Source: Macrostomum lignano
Lineage: Eukaryota
NCBI GenBank assembly: GCA_002269645.1
Contig: NIVC01000128.1
Coordinates: 62,001-126,000 of the forward strand
Direction: 5' to 3'
DNA length: 64,000 nucleotides
The translations under genes were made by a program, and so were the position numbers. The number at the start of each line of letters is the position of its first letter. Positions within the stretch are counted from its first letter, which is position 1. Positions 36,144-63,339 of the stretch are shown here, piece by piece. The notes beneath the pieces are model-generated. The model was not told the DNA's origin. It did no database searches and worked only from the letters and a program-made list of their open reading frames with translations.

Positions 36144-37721
36144 TTGCAATCACAGATCAATGGGCCACTCAGCGCATTTGCGCATAAGCTACTTTCGGTT
36201 CAGTAGTAAGTCAATTAGACGCATTTTAATGTATTTTAGGACAGCACTCGTGTGTCACCCTTCTTACCCATGGCCTAACTCATTCGACCGCGTCTTTCCA
36301 CACAAATCTCTGGCCCACGTGTCATTCTAACTGTCTTCCTTTTTATAAAATAGCTTATGTATTCTTTCATGCTACTGAACTGGAAGTAGAAAACTGTTTT
36401 CTAAGCATATGGCCATCTAATTGTTAGTACCAGTGGCTGCAATCATAAGAGGCGGAACACTTCAATTTTATGCAACTTTTCTTAAAAGTTTGTAAGACTG
36501 AGTTTACCTTTAGTCTCTCGTGAACGAAAATTGACCTGCGGTTCCGTAGTCGCCTTGATTCGTGGCTATCGCCTGTTGAACTAATCAACATTCTTCTTTC
36601 TCTAATGTTATTTTAAGAGCTATTAATAGCTATTAAAAGCTCTGGACGATCTGATGCGACTGTTGAGTCACGAGCGCACCACGTGAGTGACAGAATCGTA
36701 AAAAGGTTGCGAAAAAGTCATCCAAGGGTCTGTGCTAGCGCTACTAACTCAAGTAGACTTAGAGTTGTTTTAAATACGAAAAGCAATTCTAATTCATAAA
36801 ATGGTGCTGATGCACTTTAGACGCAACTCAAGTGATTCTACAGCGACTCTAGCAGGTCTCAGATACGACTCTACGGCCCCAGACTCTTAGGCGACTCTTA
36901 GGCGATTCTTTGACGACTTGTACCGCAACATCTCGTTTTTAGAGTCCTCTAGAGTCACTTCTTTTCTAGCTGTGTTATCTGCAACTGCTCTAAAACGACT
37001 CTCTCACGCTTCTTGGCCTATGTACCAATTTGGAATATTCACTGCTTAACGCTTCGCTTAACGCCTAAATTTGTCAATGCATTTTAGCACAAAATAAAAT
37101 CTTATCGATCCACTTCTGCAAAATCATTCTTGTGTATTTTTTTAAAAAAACGAAAGCATTCAAAAATTACTTTTCACTGTTGGTTTATTTATTTGTCAAC
37201 AATGATTTGTTTTCGCTAGCAAAGTGCGCAGAGTCGAGCTTCAAACTATTAATCATGTATTTTTGGCAAAGGTGATTCTAAACCCCATTTATTCTAAACG
37301 AAATAATAAAAAAGACATATCCAGCATCTTAAATTTTTGTGAAGCACAAGGCTAAAGAGGTGCATTGGCTTGAATCGTTATAAAAAATATAACGCTATTT
37401 GGTCACTTTCACGTACTGTTAAAAGCTTTAAGGAAACAAGCGTGCCTATGTAAAATTGTCTTTCATTAATATAGATGGTTATAATGATACTGCTATCAAT
37501 AAGGCATGGCAATGGTGCATAGTCTGTTAGGGGCCTGAGCCAGCATGTTAAGGCAATATAGCGGGAGATTTTATTTAGTAAAAATTGTGCTAAACGTTTT
37601 AATCTAAAATATATTCGTGCTTTGTTTAAGTTTGCTGATGAATATCGGAAATGAGAGGAAAATTTGCTTTTAGAGAACTGTTTGACCTTGCTTTTGCACG
37701 GATGGGTTAAAACTCGGAACC

Positions 37722-50318
<12,597 letters not shown>

Positions 50319-51309
50319 CTTCACTTGATGCTCCACTGAAATTTACAATTCGAGCTGGCGTAAAGACTATAATACGATAACTAAATAGCCCTAATATTCA
50401 AATGAACGTCAATCTCATATAAAAAATGATTAGCCTACTCACTTTCTTAGAAAAAGGTAAAACTAATTTGATTGCACTACGATGATGCAAACGAAACCCT
50501 TTGAGTCCGACTGTTTCTTCCGCTGAGGCGAAAGCAGATTTTGACTGCTTTTTATGCGGGGCTTGACCGACAGGATTTTTAATATAGAGAAGAAATATGA
50601 TTCTCTACAGTTGCCGTCCAATTACAGGCAGTTCTCTCAGGGAGTGTGAGAGAGTGCGAGGCTCATTTATGTTCGCCGTTGGTGTGACGATCTTTATGCC
50701 AGTGACTATAGTCACACTGACCCGGGGCACGCTAAATTACTTCCACTTTTCTCAAGCGACTATGGGTATTAGCTAGACATTTTGTTGCATTGGAAAGGAA
50801 GGTCTGTAGCCCACACTATAATTACGAAAATTATAAGCAATAGAAAAATATAAAAAGGCGCTTTGAATGTTAATCTAATGTTTAATCGTCGGTATTATAT
50901 GGCTATAGTTATTGATTCTGGACCAATATATGAAAAATAACAGTGTATATTGCATACTCTAGTTAAGAAGGTTCTTTAATTTGTATTGCATAGCATATAC
51001 TGTGGTTATGTCATTTAGCTATATATTCAGAAGTTAGTAAGCCAAATATGAGCGTAAAATAAACCTGTCTCTATTCTTGAACTATTATTATACATTCCTC
51101 GTATTTCCACCAGATAGAGCTACAAAGTCTTCGCCAAAAGCATGTAATTTCCTACTATCTATAATAATAAGGATTTCACCTAAAGACAGCAAATTTTTAA
51201 TACGTTAATAATAAATCTCTATATATAACGAGGTTTTCTAAAAATTTTATAATGCGTCCGTATCTAAGAGGGATGAAATAGTCTGCTCCCATGATAGAAC
51301 ACTTATTGT

Positions 51310-51658
51310 GGGAGCACGAGAAATGCCCGCAGACGAATTGCCCGCCGAGAATTTCCCGCCGAGAATTGCCCGCCGAGAATTGCCCGCCGAGAATTGCCAG
51401 CCGAGAATTGCCCGCAGTGAATTTTTCCCGCGAGAGTGAATTACCCGCGAGCGAATTTCCCGCCGAGTTTAATTTTCCCGCCGAGGTCTGCCGCAATGCT
51501 TTTTTCCTACAGCGCATTTGGCCACTCGGCGGGCAATTCGCTCGCAAGCAATTCACTCGCGGGCAAAATGCACTGCGGGCAAATCTTGGCGGGCAAAATG
51601 CACTAGCTGCGGGCAAATCTCGGCGGGCAATTCGTCTGCGGGCATTTCTCATGGACCC
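51310..51658. mobile_element. Mutator-type MITE with a 9-bp TSD
   Basis: GGG...CCC termini, a shared 33-bp inverted core gagaaatgcccgcagacgaattgcccgccgaga, and an exact flanking duplication acttattgt (51301-51309 / 51659-51667). Confidence 0.88.
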
Positions 51659-54600
51659 ACTTATTGTATGTAACCATAAAGGCAAACGAGCAACACAGTT
51701 TTCTACACAGTGGATGTTTACCCATACTAATTCGCAACCATGAATACAGCTAAGCCTCAAAAGCCGGCCTCCATCTACACAACCGCGGCTTGGAACTTGT
51801 ACGGTTCCTTCAAAGCTTGTACGGTTAAAAACTAAATTCGATCAACGGCGACAGAGCTTCAGAGGTCATAATAGCTAGTTGTTTCTTTAATTAAACTGAC
51901 GTAACCAGTAAGCTCCAAATATGTGGGGTTATTGTCGCAAAAATTGTGACGGTGACGGTTAAGGAAGCTCGTGATCGGCTAGTCTTGTCGTCCGGAAGTT
52001 GAAGGGAAATGTTTTTCATTATATATATTTACTAATCAGAATATAAAATGTACGCAAACCAAAACCGATCGTAAAACAAGTTTTACAGCATTGATAATTC
52101 TCAATGCTTGAGACGCGTGACTTCTTGGACGACTTTTGTTGTTGATAGTTTACTGGAGAGTTGAAGAAGTCTTTTTCCATTTGGAAAGAATTTCTGATTA
52201 TTTCTCTATGAGAAACTCGCTAATATGCTTGTATGGTGCTTAGTGATGCTTTTAACAACGGACTTACTAGTTTCAAAGTAAAATTAACCTGGTCACGAAG
52301 TTCCGAAAAAGTGCCATTCAAAGTCGCGGTGTCGTAATTTGAGTCTTATTTAAACCAAATAAAATCGAGCGGCAGGTCATTGACTGCAAAAGTTGTCTAG
52401 TGTTTTAATTTTTTTATAAGCTTTTTTGCTTTATTTAGCTATAAATATGATTGGTCAATTTAATAAAGCATTTAATCATCATCTCTGCTTCAAAGAAACA
52501 CCGGAAAGAATTGCCTATTGAAAAAATCTATAATTGTTGGCTTTCAATACAGAAAAAAACTAAATTTGCGCCTAAGAGACGGTGGGAAAGAGTTAGGATG
52601 TAATTTTGCCTAGTCTGCATTGCATGCTAAGCCTAGGCTCCAGCCTACATTTCAGCAGGGTGTGATTCTACAATTTTGGATTGGGTGATGCTAGGCTGTG
52701 CCTGCGGCTTTGGTCTGCGGGAAGACCTTGCTGGCTAGCCTACTATACTAACTACTATTCACACTATAAAAACCTAGCTAGGCGGCCTGAGCCTATTTAG
52801 CATTGTTTTTTGTTTTTTGTCTCGTAGCATTTATCGCTTATATTGCTTTATTTAATTGCTAATTCGACCCAGAGTCCCAGAACTGTCTCCCTTGCTTATG
52901 TGTATGTTAGGCCTAGGCCTACTCTAGTCTAAGCCTAGTCTAGGCTAGGCCTACCTGGAAATCTCTAGTCTAGTCTAGACTCTAGGCTCTAAATGATAGA
53001 CCATTGACTAAGGCCAATGGCCTAGCTGAGACCTAATTGCCTAAAGGCCCATTTATACTACCATTAAATGAGCTATCAACTTATTTTAAGTTATTTAGGC
53101 ATATCCAATATACAAAGAGAGAACAAATTTGTTGTAGGCCTAGGCTTAAAATTGTATGATATATTCATTTTGGCCTTATTTGATGCTAGTATTAAGAAGC
53201 CATAAGTAGCTTAAACCTAATTCATATAGAACCTAGTTGATTTTTTGCAACATAGGGCCTAGGCTTTACCCAAGGCTGCCTATTTAATATATTAAATATG
53301 CTGAACAAAAAATTGACCAAAAAGCTGCTAAGGCATGCACAACAGTACAGTAGGCCCTAGATTTTTTTACCAGAAGAGCATATATTTTGTTAGATTTAAA
53401 TATAGTAATGATAAAATTAGTGCCAATATTAATTAACTAAAGCTTCCTCAAGGCCAAAATTTGGCGATTTTCCTCTTTCGTTCGTTAAATTATTTTTTCG
53501 ACAGAAACAAGTTGTGACTACTGAGTAATGTCAGAAAACGACAGTAATGGGATGCTGGGACTTAAATTTTTCTCGGAAAGTTGGATGGAGTTGTTTAACT
53601 AAAGACAAATGGTAATGGTAAACGACATGTAATGACAGCAGGGACACAGTTGTCCAGGAGGGACAATGAATGTAGGTGCCGCTGGGCGCCCAGCCATGTT
53701 GCAGTTCGAGTAAAATTTCGAATGCGATAAGTCAAAGCTCATGCGAGAGTGGGAAGGGGAGCAAGGAGCGAGTGCAAGCTGCTGCCTATACTCTGCCACA
53801 AACCGAGTAGGTGAGTAGTGCCATAGACATGTGTCAGCAGCAACCCCATGTCCTTTCCACTACTGCCACATCATTTTTTCAATAGGCACAATTTCAAATG
53901 CTGCCACGTCACTTTTTCGCGTCTACGCACCGATTCAAATTGAAAAAATAATTTAACAAACAAAAGAGGAAAATCGCCCAAAATTTTTTAAATTAAGTTC
54001 TACTTATATTTGGTCTTATATTTAATTTTTTACTTTTTAGAATGTAGTTTCTGTTTTTAAGATGAATTTCACCTTGGGCCCTACCACTATAAAAAGAGAA
54101 AAATGCAATTGACTAAATTTCCCTAGTCATTTAAAGCAAGATAGTTAGGATCACAGCATATATACCCTAGAATATTAATTTAAGACCAAAAAACTTTGTT
54201 TCAAAATGCTTTGATTCCCTAAAACTCAGATTCAAAATCTGCTTTAATACCTTAAAGTAGTCCCAAGTTTGCTTTTGTCACATTGCTTAATTCCATATTA
54301 AAAATTATAAGACTATTATTTGATAGTAAGAATACCAAGCCATTCTTCTACTAGTCAAACTACTTGATAGGGGAATTCTCCTTTCTCCCTTCCTTGATAG
54401 ATTTTTTGCTGCATTGGGATAGAATAATACAGGTACAGGGCATACAAAAGAAAAAAATGTGGGCTAACTTTTTATTGTATACCTAACAAGAATAAGTTGC
54501 TAGCCTTCTAGACCATCAAGATATTTGACAATTTTGCTAGAAGGTAGATTTTTTCTATAAATGCTTGTTTATTCAATATACCCCTATGCACTAATCAGCA

Positions 54601-55006
54601 CTGTGCCTGAGTATAGCCTTGCCAAGCTTCCAAATTTTATTAGCACATCAACCACATGTGTCTGTCAGCTCTGCCTTTTTTGGTTGCTGGCCTTCACCCA
54701 GGCAGAGCTTCTGGACCTTCAACAGGTGGCACCAGGTGACTATGAACACCCTGATGCGAATTTCTCTAGTTTTGCTGATCAAGCCTCGATAGTAGGCATG
54801 CCTTGACTGCCAGACATTCTCAGCTGGTCTTCCAAGTATTCCCTATAATGTTAAAATCTGTTTAATTTTATACTATGCTCATAGATTGAAACTAGCATTC
54901 ACTCCTTAGGCTTTTATTGTCGAACAAATAGTTTTGTAATTTTGTATACTGGTAAATACTTTAACCTTTTGCATGCTTAATTGAATCCGATTTTTAAATC
55001 AGCTAA

Positions 55007-55417
<411 letters not shown>

Positions 55418-57001
55418 GGCTTGAAAAACTGATCGACCTACTATCACTAAGTAGGTGAAAACGTGCAACTACTTAATCGTCTGAAATTCTAAACTATTCA
55501 ATTTTGTGACAAAATATTATATACAAATCGTGTACTACTTTTAGTACTACGTAACCGATTCAACCAATTACAATTTTCCCAGTTTAACTTATGCTAAGCA
55601 ACAGGCAGACTGATAGCTATTAATAAATTTTATGCACAGCATTAGTCATTCTCTTTATTAATATTATTTATTGTACAAATTAAAACTCAGTGACAATATA
55701 CTTTTCATCAGTTTAGAATTCAATCAGAATTTTAAATTCAATAACAATTAACCTCACAATTCTGGCGAAGTCGTAAAACATTATTGTTTGTATACTTTTT
55801 AAATGTCTATTGTTAATTGTTTTAGCTGTTTATTAATTACTTACTGCTCTGACCCGATTGGAACATCTGGAGGATGGTGGTGGCCCAGCAACGGAGGATC
55901 TGGGAGGGTGGTGGTGGCCGGAGGATCTGGGAGGGTGTTGGCCGGAGGATCTGGGATGGTGGCGCAGTGGACCAGCAACTGAGGAGCTAGATGGTGGCGG
56001 TCATCCCGATAAAGAACAAAAGCGGAAGTTAACTGTAAAATTTCCGAATGCGCAATTAACGCGATGCGAACACGTAAAGACAGGATGGAAACCCGGTTTA
56101 TATTTTGCCTCAATTGCAGGCATCTGCTCACAGCTTGTAACAGTCAAAACATGAATTTATTAATTACACCGTGTCGAACATGCTTAATGCTAAAAAATCG
56201 ATTTCAGAGCCATCAGTTCCAGCTACATGTAGTCAAGTTTAATCGCGTGTTTTAATTAAAAAAGATAGAAAAGGCGCCTGCACTCCTACTAATAGTAGAC
56301 AAGTAGAGAAAGATCGAATTCGAATGTTCGGCTAGCGCAATTAAAAACAGCGTCGAGGCTAAAATCTCTAATGACGCAGAGCGGCTCGAATTTAGGGAAA
56401 TTATACTGCAAGTCAGGTTGAATTGAACGCAACAGCTGCAGGTATTATTAGTACATGCACATGTATGTACATAATATGCTATGGCAGAGGATGCTTCAGC
56501 TATGTAGGATGTAATAAGCATAGTTATATAATATATACAGACTAAGCACAATGCTTCGAATAATAATGTAACAATCACACATGTCTTCCGGTGGGCGCGG
56601 AGGCAACAGAACAGGATGGGGGAGGAAATTTCGAAAATCGATATAAAGCAAAAAACACATTTTGGCTACTTATAGTAGCTAGCGGATTGAGGCATTCGTT
56701 GGTGTCATAAAAACTGCCTAGCTATGCTGACTGAACGAATTAAATAAACAAAACGAGATTTTCAGGTCTGAGAATGAAAATCTGAGACGCCTGGGATGTA
56801 CTCTCAATCGCTTCGAAAACGGCAAATATATAAAACTGTAATTAAAAATACGGTTAAAACATAGCATTAGCATAGCATTACTTAAGGTGTTCAGTTAATA
56901 TTGGGTTCGACATATTACACTAATGACACTAATGACACTAGGTAATAAAAGCATTCTAAACTCTCGTCTTTGTCCAAACAAGTTCCATCCTCATTTTTGT
57001 T

Positions 57002-60000
57002 TTAGTTGGCCGTCTGAGGCGGGAAGAGGTCCTGGGTAGCTGGGGCCAGCTGAAGCGTCTGGCGCAGCTGTAGCAGCCAGGCGCGGATGCTGGCGTCCTG
57101 CTGCATCATCTCCTGCAAATTGGGGGTGATAGTCACCTAGACAATGTGTACTCTTCTAAGCAGCCTTTATCACCTTCGATCCCAGAGTGAGCAGCATTCA
57201 TCCCTCCGATCCCAGTGTGATCAGTCATTATCCCCTCCGATCCCAGTGTGATCAGTCATTATCCCCTCCGATTCCAGTGTGATCAGTCATTATCCCCTCC
57301 GATTCCAGTGTGATCAGTCATTATCCCCTCCGATCCCAGTGTGATCAGTCATTATCCCCTCCGATTCCAGTGTGATCAGTCATTATCCCCTCCGATCCCA
57401 GTGTGATCAGTCATTATCCCCTCCGATCCCAGTGTGATCAGTCATTATCCCCTCCGATCTTAGTGTGAGCAGTTATTATCCACTCCGATTCCAGTGTGAT
57501 CAGTCATTATCCCCTCCGATCCCAGTGTGATCAGTCATTATCCCCTCCGATCCCAGTGTGATCAGTCATTATCCCCTCCGATCCCAGTGTGATCAGTCAT
57601 TATCCCCTCCGATCCCAGTGTGATCAGTCATTATCCCCTCCGATCCCACTGTGAGCAGTCATTATCCCCTCCGATCTTAGTGTGATCAGTCATTATCCAC
57701 TCCGATCCCAGAGTGAGCATCACCTCAGATCCCAGAGTGAGCATCCCCTCAGATCCCAGAGTGAGCATCACCTCAGATCCCAGAGTGAGCATCACCTCAG
57801 ATCCCAGAGTGAGCATCACCTCAGATCCCAGAGTGAGCATCCCCTCAGATCCCAGAGTGAGCATCACCTCAGATCCCAGAGTGAGCATCCCCTCAGATCC
57901 CAGAGTGAGCATCTCTTCAGATCCCAGAGTGAGCATCTCCTCAGATCCCAGAGTGAGCATCCCCTCAGATCCCAGAGTGAGCATCACCTCAGATCCCAGA
58001 GTGAGCATCACCTCAGATCCCAGAGTGAGCATCCCCTCAGATCCCAGAGTGAGCATCACCTCAAATCCCAGAGTGAGCATCCCCTCCGATTCCAGAGTGA
58101 GCATCACCTCAGATCCCAGAGTGAGCATCCCCTCAGATCCCAGAGTGAGCATCTCCTCAGATCCCAGAGTGAGCATCCCCTCAGATCCCAGAGTCAGCAT
58201 CACCTCAGATCCCAGAGTCAGCATCTCCTCAGATCCCAGAGTGAGCATCCCCTCAGATCCCAGAGTCAGCATCTCCTCAGATCCCAGAGTGAGCATCTCC
58301 TCAGATCCCAGAGTGAGCATCACCTCAGATCCCAGAGTGAGCATCTCCTCAGATCCCAGAGTGAGCATCCCCTCAGATCCCAGAGTGAGCATCCCCTCAG
58401 ATCCCAGAGTGAGCATCACCTCAGATCCCAGAGTGAGCATCCCCTCAGATCCCAGAGTCAGCATCACCTCAGATCCCAGAGTGAGCATCCCTTCAGATCC
58501 CAGAGTGAGCATCCCCTCAGATCCCAGAGTGAGCATCACCTCAGATCCCAGAGTGAGCATCACCTCAGATCCCAGAGTGAGCATCCCCTCAGATCCCAGA
58601 GTGAGCATCCCCTCAGATCCCAGAGTGAGCATCTCTTCAGATCCCAGAGTGAGCACCCCCTCAGATCCCAGAGTGAGCATCACCTCAGATCCCAGAGTGA
58701 GCATCCCCTCAGATCCCAGAGTCAGCATCACCTCAGATCCCAGAGTGAGCATCCCCTCAGATCCCAGAGTGAGCATCCCCTCAGATCCCAGAGTGAGCAT
58801 CCCTTCAGATCCCAGAGTGAGCATCCCCTCAGATCCCAGAGTCAGCATCACCTCAGATCCCAGAGTGAGCATCTCCTCAGATCCCAGAGTGAGCATCCCC
58901 TCCGATCCCAGAGTGAGCATCTCTTCAGATCCCAGAGTGAGCACCCCCTCAGATCCCAGAGTGAGCATCCCCTCAGATCCCAGAGTGAGCATCTCCTCAG
59001 ATCCCAGAGTGAGCATCCCTTCAGATCCCAGAGTGAGCATCCCCTCAGATCCCAGAGTGAGCATCACCTCAGATCCCAGAGTCAGCATCACCTCAGATCC
59101 CAGAGTGAGCATCACCTCAGATCCCAGAGTGAGCATCCCCTCCGATCCCAGAGTGAGCATCCCCTCAGATCCCAGAGTGAGCATCACCTCAGATCCCAGA
59201 GTGAGCATCCCCTCAGATCCCAGAGTGAGCATCCCCTCAGATCCCAGAGTGAGCATCTCTTCAGATCCCAGAGTGAGCATCCCCTCCGATCCCAGAGTGA
59301 GCATCCCCTCAGATCCCAGAGTGAGCATCTCTTCAGATCCTAGAGTGAGCACCCCCTCCGATCCCAGAGTGAGCATCCCCTCAGATCCCAGAGTGAGCAT
59401 CCCCTCAGATCCCAGAGTGAGCATCCCCTCAGATCCCAGAGTGAGCATCTCCTCAGATCCCAGAGTGAGCATCACCTCAGATCCCAGAGTCAGCATCACC
59501 TCAGATCCCAGAGTCAGCATCACCTCAGATCCCAGAGTGAGCATCACCTCAGATCCCAGAGTGAGCATCCCCTCCGATCCCAGAGTGAGCATACCCTCAG
59601 ATCCCAGAGTGAGCATCCCTTCAGATCCCAGAGTCAGCATCACCTCAGATCCCAGAGTGAGCATCCCCTCAGATCCCAGAGTCAGCATCACCTCAGATCC
59701 CAGAGTGAGCATCCCCTCAGATCCCAGAGTGAGCATCCCCTCAGATCCCAGAGTGAGCATCCCTTCAGATCCCAGAGTGAGCATCCCCTCAGATCCCAGA
59801 GTCAGCATCACCTCAGATCCCAGAGTCAGCATCACCTCAGATCCCAGAGTGAGCATCACCTCAGATCCCAGAGTGAGCATCTCCTCAGATCCCAGAGTGA
59901 GCATCACCTCAGATCCCAGAGTGAGCATCTCCTCAGATCCCAGAGTGAGCATCCCCTCCTATCCCAGAGTGAGCATCCCCTCAGATCCCAGAGTGAGCAT

Positions 60001-62323
60001 CCCCTCCGATCCCAGAGTGAGCATCCCCTCCGATCCCAGAGTGAGCAGCGGCTCCCCCAGCCCAGCAGCCGGTAACCAACCTGAAAAGTGTCGTCCCGCA
60101 GCGCATCAGGCAGAGTGGTAGCCAGGGCCTGCCTTGCCCGCGGATTATCGGCCAGGCGGGTGTAGCATCGAACCACCGGCTTCAATAGGCGGGCGCTCCT
60201 CTCCCTAGCAAGGAACTGCACCATCTTGTTAAGGATGCTGGCCACGTGGGCGAATCTCTCGTAGGTTTGGCAGATATAAGCTAAGCCGGTATCGTCAAGC
60301 AAAATCTTTTGCAAGATAAAAGTGGCCACAGTTTTACTCAGCTCCGAGCCCGTCTCCATGATGCGCAGGCACAGCGGTATGATCTCCGTGTGCAGCAGGA
60401 AGGCGATCACGTCCGCATCGTCTGTTTTAACCAGGGCGCCAATAACGCCTAGCGAGGTGAGCCGCAGATACTCGAACGGGCGGGATCGGCACGATGTGTG
60501 CAGGAACGAATAGAGATAGAGTGGAATTGACGTCTGCAAGAATTGGGCCCGAGTGTCCGGATGAGAGGCCACGCACTGCAGCAGGGCCAGGGCGTGGCAG
60601 ACCCGGTTGGACTGGTGCGCCTGCGGTGCGGTGGAATTAAGTTAACTGTACAGTGTATTTCATTCTAAGCAAGCTTAAGGGTTCGTTAAGTGGATTTTTG
60701 ATAGGGATTTGCCGCGATTAGGAGCGATTCTCAGGTGGTTGAGCAGCGATTCTCAGGGTGGTTGAGCAGCGATTCTCAGGGTGGTTGAGCAGCGATTCTC
60801 AGGGTGGTTGAGAGGCGATTCTCAGGGTGGTTGAGAGGCGATTCTCAGGGTGGTTGAGAGGCGATTCTCAGGGTGGTTGAGCAGCGATTCTCAGGGTGGT
60901 TGAGAGGCGATTCTCAGCATGGTTGAGCAGCGATTCTCAGGGTGGTTGAGAGGCGATTCTCAGCATGGTTGAGCAGCGATTCTCAGGGTGGTTGAGAGGT
61001 GATTCTCAGGGTGGTTGAGCAGCGATTCTCAGGGTGGTTGAGCAGCGATTCTCAGGGTGGTTGAGAGGCGATTCTCAGGGTGGTTGAGCAGCGATTCTCA
61101 GGATGGTTGAGAGGCGATTCTCAGGGTGGTTGAGAGGTGATTCTCAGCATGGTTGAGCAGCGATTCTCAGGGTGGTTGAGAGGCGATTCTCAGCATGGTT
61201 GAGAGGTGATTCTCAGGGTGGTTGAGAGGCGATTCTCAGCATGGTTGAGCAGCGATTCTCAGGGTGGTTGAGAGACGATTCTCAGCATGGTTGAGAGGCG
61301 ATTCTCAGGGTGGTTGAGAGACGATTCTCAGCATGGTTGAGAGGTGATTCTCAGGGTGGTTGAGAGGTGATTCTCAGGATGGTTGAGAGGTGATTCTCAG
61401 GATGGTTGAGAGGTGATTCTCAGGATGGTTGAGAGGCGATTCTCAGGGTGGTTGAGAGGTGATTCTCAGGATGGTTGAGAGGAGATTCTCAGGGTGGTTG
61501 AGAGACGATTCTCAGGGTGGTTGAGCAGCGATTCTCAGGGTGGTTGAGAGGCGATTCTCAGGGTGGTTGAGAGGTGATTCTCAGGGTGGTTGAGAGGAGA
61601 TTCTCAGGGTGGTTGAGAGGAGATTCTCAGGGTGGTTGAGAGGTGATTCTCAGGGTGGTTGAGAGGTGATTCTCAGGGTGGTTGAGAGACGATTCTCAGG
61701 GTGGTTGAGAGGCGATTCTCAGCATGGTTGAGCAGCGATTCTCAGGATGGTTGAGAGGCGATTCTCAGCATGGTTGAGCAGCGATTCTCAGGATGGTTGA
61801 GAGGTGATTCTCAGGATGGTTGAGAGGCGATTTTCAGGGTGGTTGAGAGGTGATTCTCAGGGTGGTTGAGAGGTGATTCTCAGGGTGGTTGAGAGGCGAT
61901 TCTCAGGGTGGTTGAGAGGTGATTCTCGGGGCGTTTGAGCAGCGATTGTCAGGGTGGTTAAAGAGCGATAAACTTTTATAAATTCTACACACACGAACTT
62001 GGAAGTGAGCTATCAGAGCAGCCGATTAGGAAACTCACAGACAGCACGGGCGGGTGAATATACGGATAGATCTGCACAATCTCCTGAAGCAGAGCGGCAA
62101 TGGTTCCAAAGGAGTTCCACAGCAGAGGAGCCAGTTCCGGAATGGCGTCACGCTTCCTTGACAGCTCCAGCAGGGCGGTCTCGCGACTCTCCAGACTGTT
62201 TAGATCAAGGATCCAACGATAGAGGAGCTCTTTCTCCTGCTGCGGGCTGGATACGGAGGTTGGCGGACCGACTGTCATGTTGAAACCGGCCTGGGTCACA
62301 GCTGGCACGCTTAGCGAGTTCAT
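57002..62323 (-). CDS. CNOT9: CCR4-NOT subunit 9 (RCD1/CAF40). Exons 62039-62323, 60081-60620, 57002-57112
   Basis: [86 protein letters not shown]; phase-0 GT-AG introns. Confidence 0.95.
57175..60047. repeat. Compound minisatellite: 31-bp units (~17 copies, 57175-57700) then 24-bp units (~98 copies, 57700-60047), CNOT9 intron 2
   Basis: Units cccagtgtgatcagtcattatcccctccgat and cccagagtgagcatcccctcagat. Confidence 0.97.
60723..61965. repeat. 23-bp tandem repeat, ~54 copies, CNOT9 intron 1
   Basis: Unit gagcagcgattctcagggtggtt with gaggc/gaggt/gcatg variants. Confidence 0.96.
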
Positions 62324-62692
62324 GGCAGACTTTTGGCCTGGTGGTGGGGGGCAATGTCTGAAATAAGAAATCGATAGAAATGTTTATTATAAAACATGAA
62401 CAGGAATTCTACTAAAATAAAAAAATCATTAAAACATTCTTTACTAGCAAGTGAAACGTGCTGTCATACATGTTTTGTGTATTAAAAGGACTAACTGTAA
62501 AGTAAAACGGCCCTTTTCAGATCCACCCCAAACTAACTTAGCAGTTGAGGCTAAAAATAACTATAAGCACAAAACATGCAAAATATAGAGAACACAATGA
62601 TGTGGTTTAGTTTCTTTAATTCTAAAAATAAAACCCCATTGCCCTGGGTGTGAAGTAAGAATACTTATCTTTTTGTTCCTACACTACAGTGC

Positions 62693-62724
<32 letters not shown>

Positions 62725-63339
62725 GTGCAACAGAAAAACATGTACATAGCCTGCTAAAATTTTACAAATATGCAACAGTTGTATCTGAAGAGCCTCTGTG
62801 TAACAGCTTTGGTTTGCATGCAATTTAAAATTTTCTATTTGGCTTCAACTAGTTAATGCTCTTTCTTTCTTTATATTTGTTTTTTTCTTTTTCTAGAAAC
62901 CTAGAGAAAAAAGCTATAATTTTTTTAATTAGGGTGTTAATAAATATACCCTATTTGTGGGTAGGCCTAATTGAAAGTTAGTGGAATCTGTAGTTCATTC
63001 TAAAATTTACCTTTTCATTACAGATTCTATATTTTATTGTGCTATTCCATTCCAATTCCACTGCAGATTTAGTATTTAACTGGGTGCCATGAGCTATGAC
63101 TTTTTATTTTAAACTTTAGTAATACAAGGACTAAAAGAGAAATTTTCCTTGGAATAAACTTAGGAATTGGAATAAGATCATTCATAGATTTAGTACTATA
63201 AGACCACTTAGGCCAATCAAACAAAAGGTGCTACTGACTTTACATGATATATTATTAATATAAATAGTATAGTACTAAGGCAAGCAAAGTCTTATTTTAG
63301 GATTTTAGTATTTTAGTATTAAGGCAAGCAAAGTCTGAC

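Noticed and set aside
55440-55462. Hairpin acctact-atcacta-agtaggt after H3 as a histone stem-loop
   Set aside because: It does not match the conserved 6-bp stem / 4-nt loop consensus, and a poly(A) signal follows.
56250-56640. Coding-looking fragment (KIEFECSASAIKNSVEAKISNDAERLEFREIILQ) and the short ORFs at 13998-14255, 27117-27323 and 53599-53799
   Set aside because: No recognisable motif or consistent exon chain could be built; they cannot be supported without a homology search.
57631-60121. 773-, 553- and 802-aa repetitive ORFs (MLTLGSEG / SDPRVSI)
   Set aside because: Translations of a stop-free 24-bp intronic minisatellite inside CNOT9; open on both strands, with no coding evidence.
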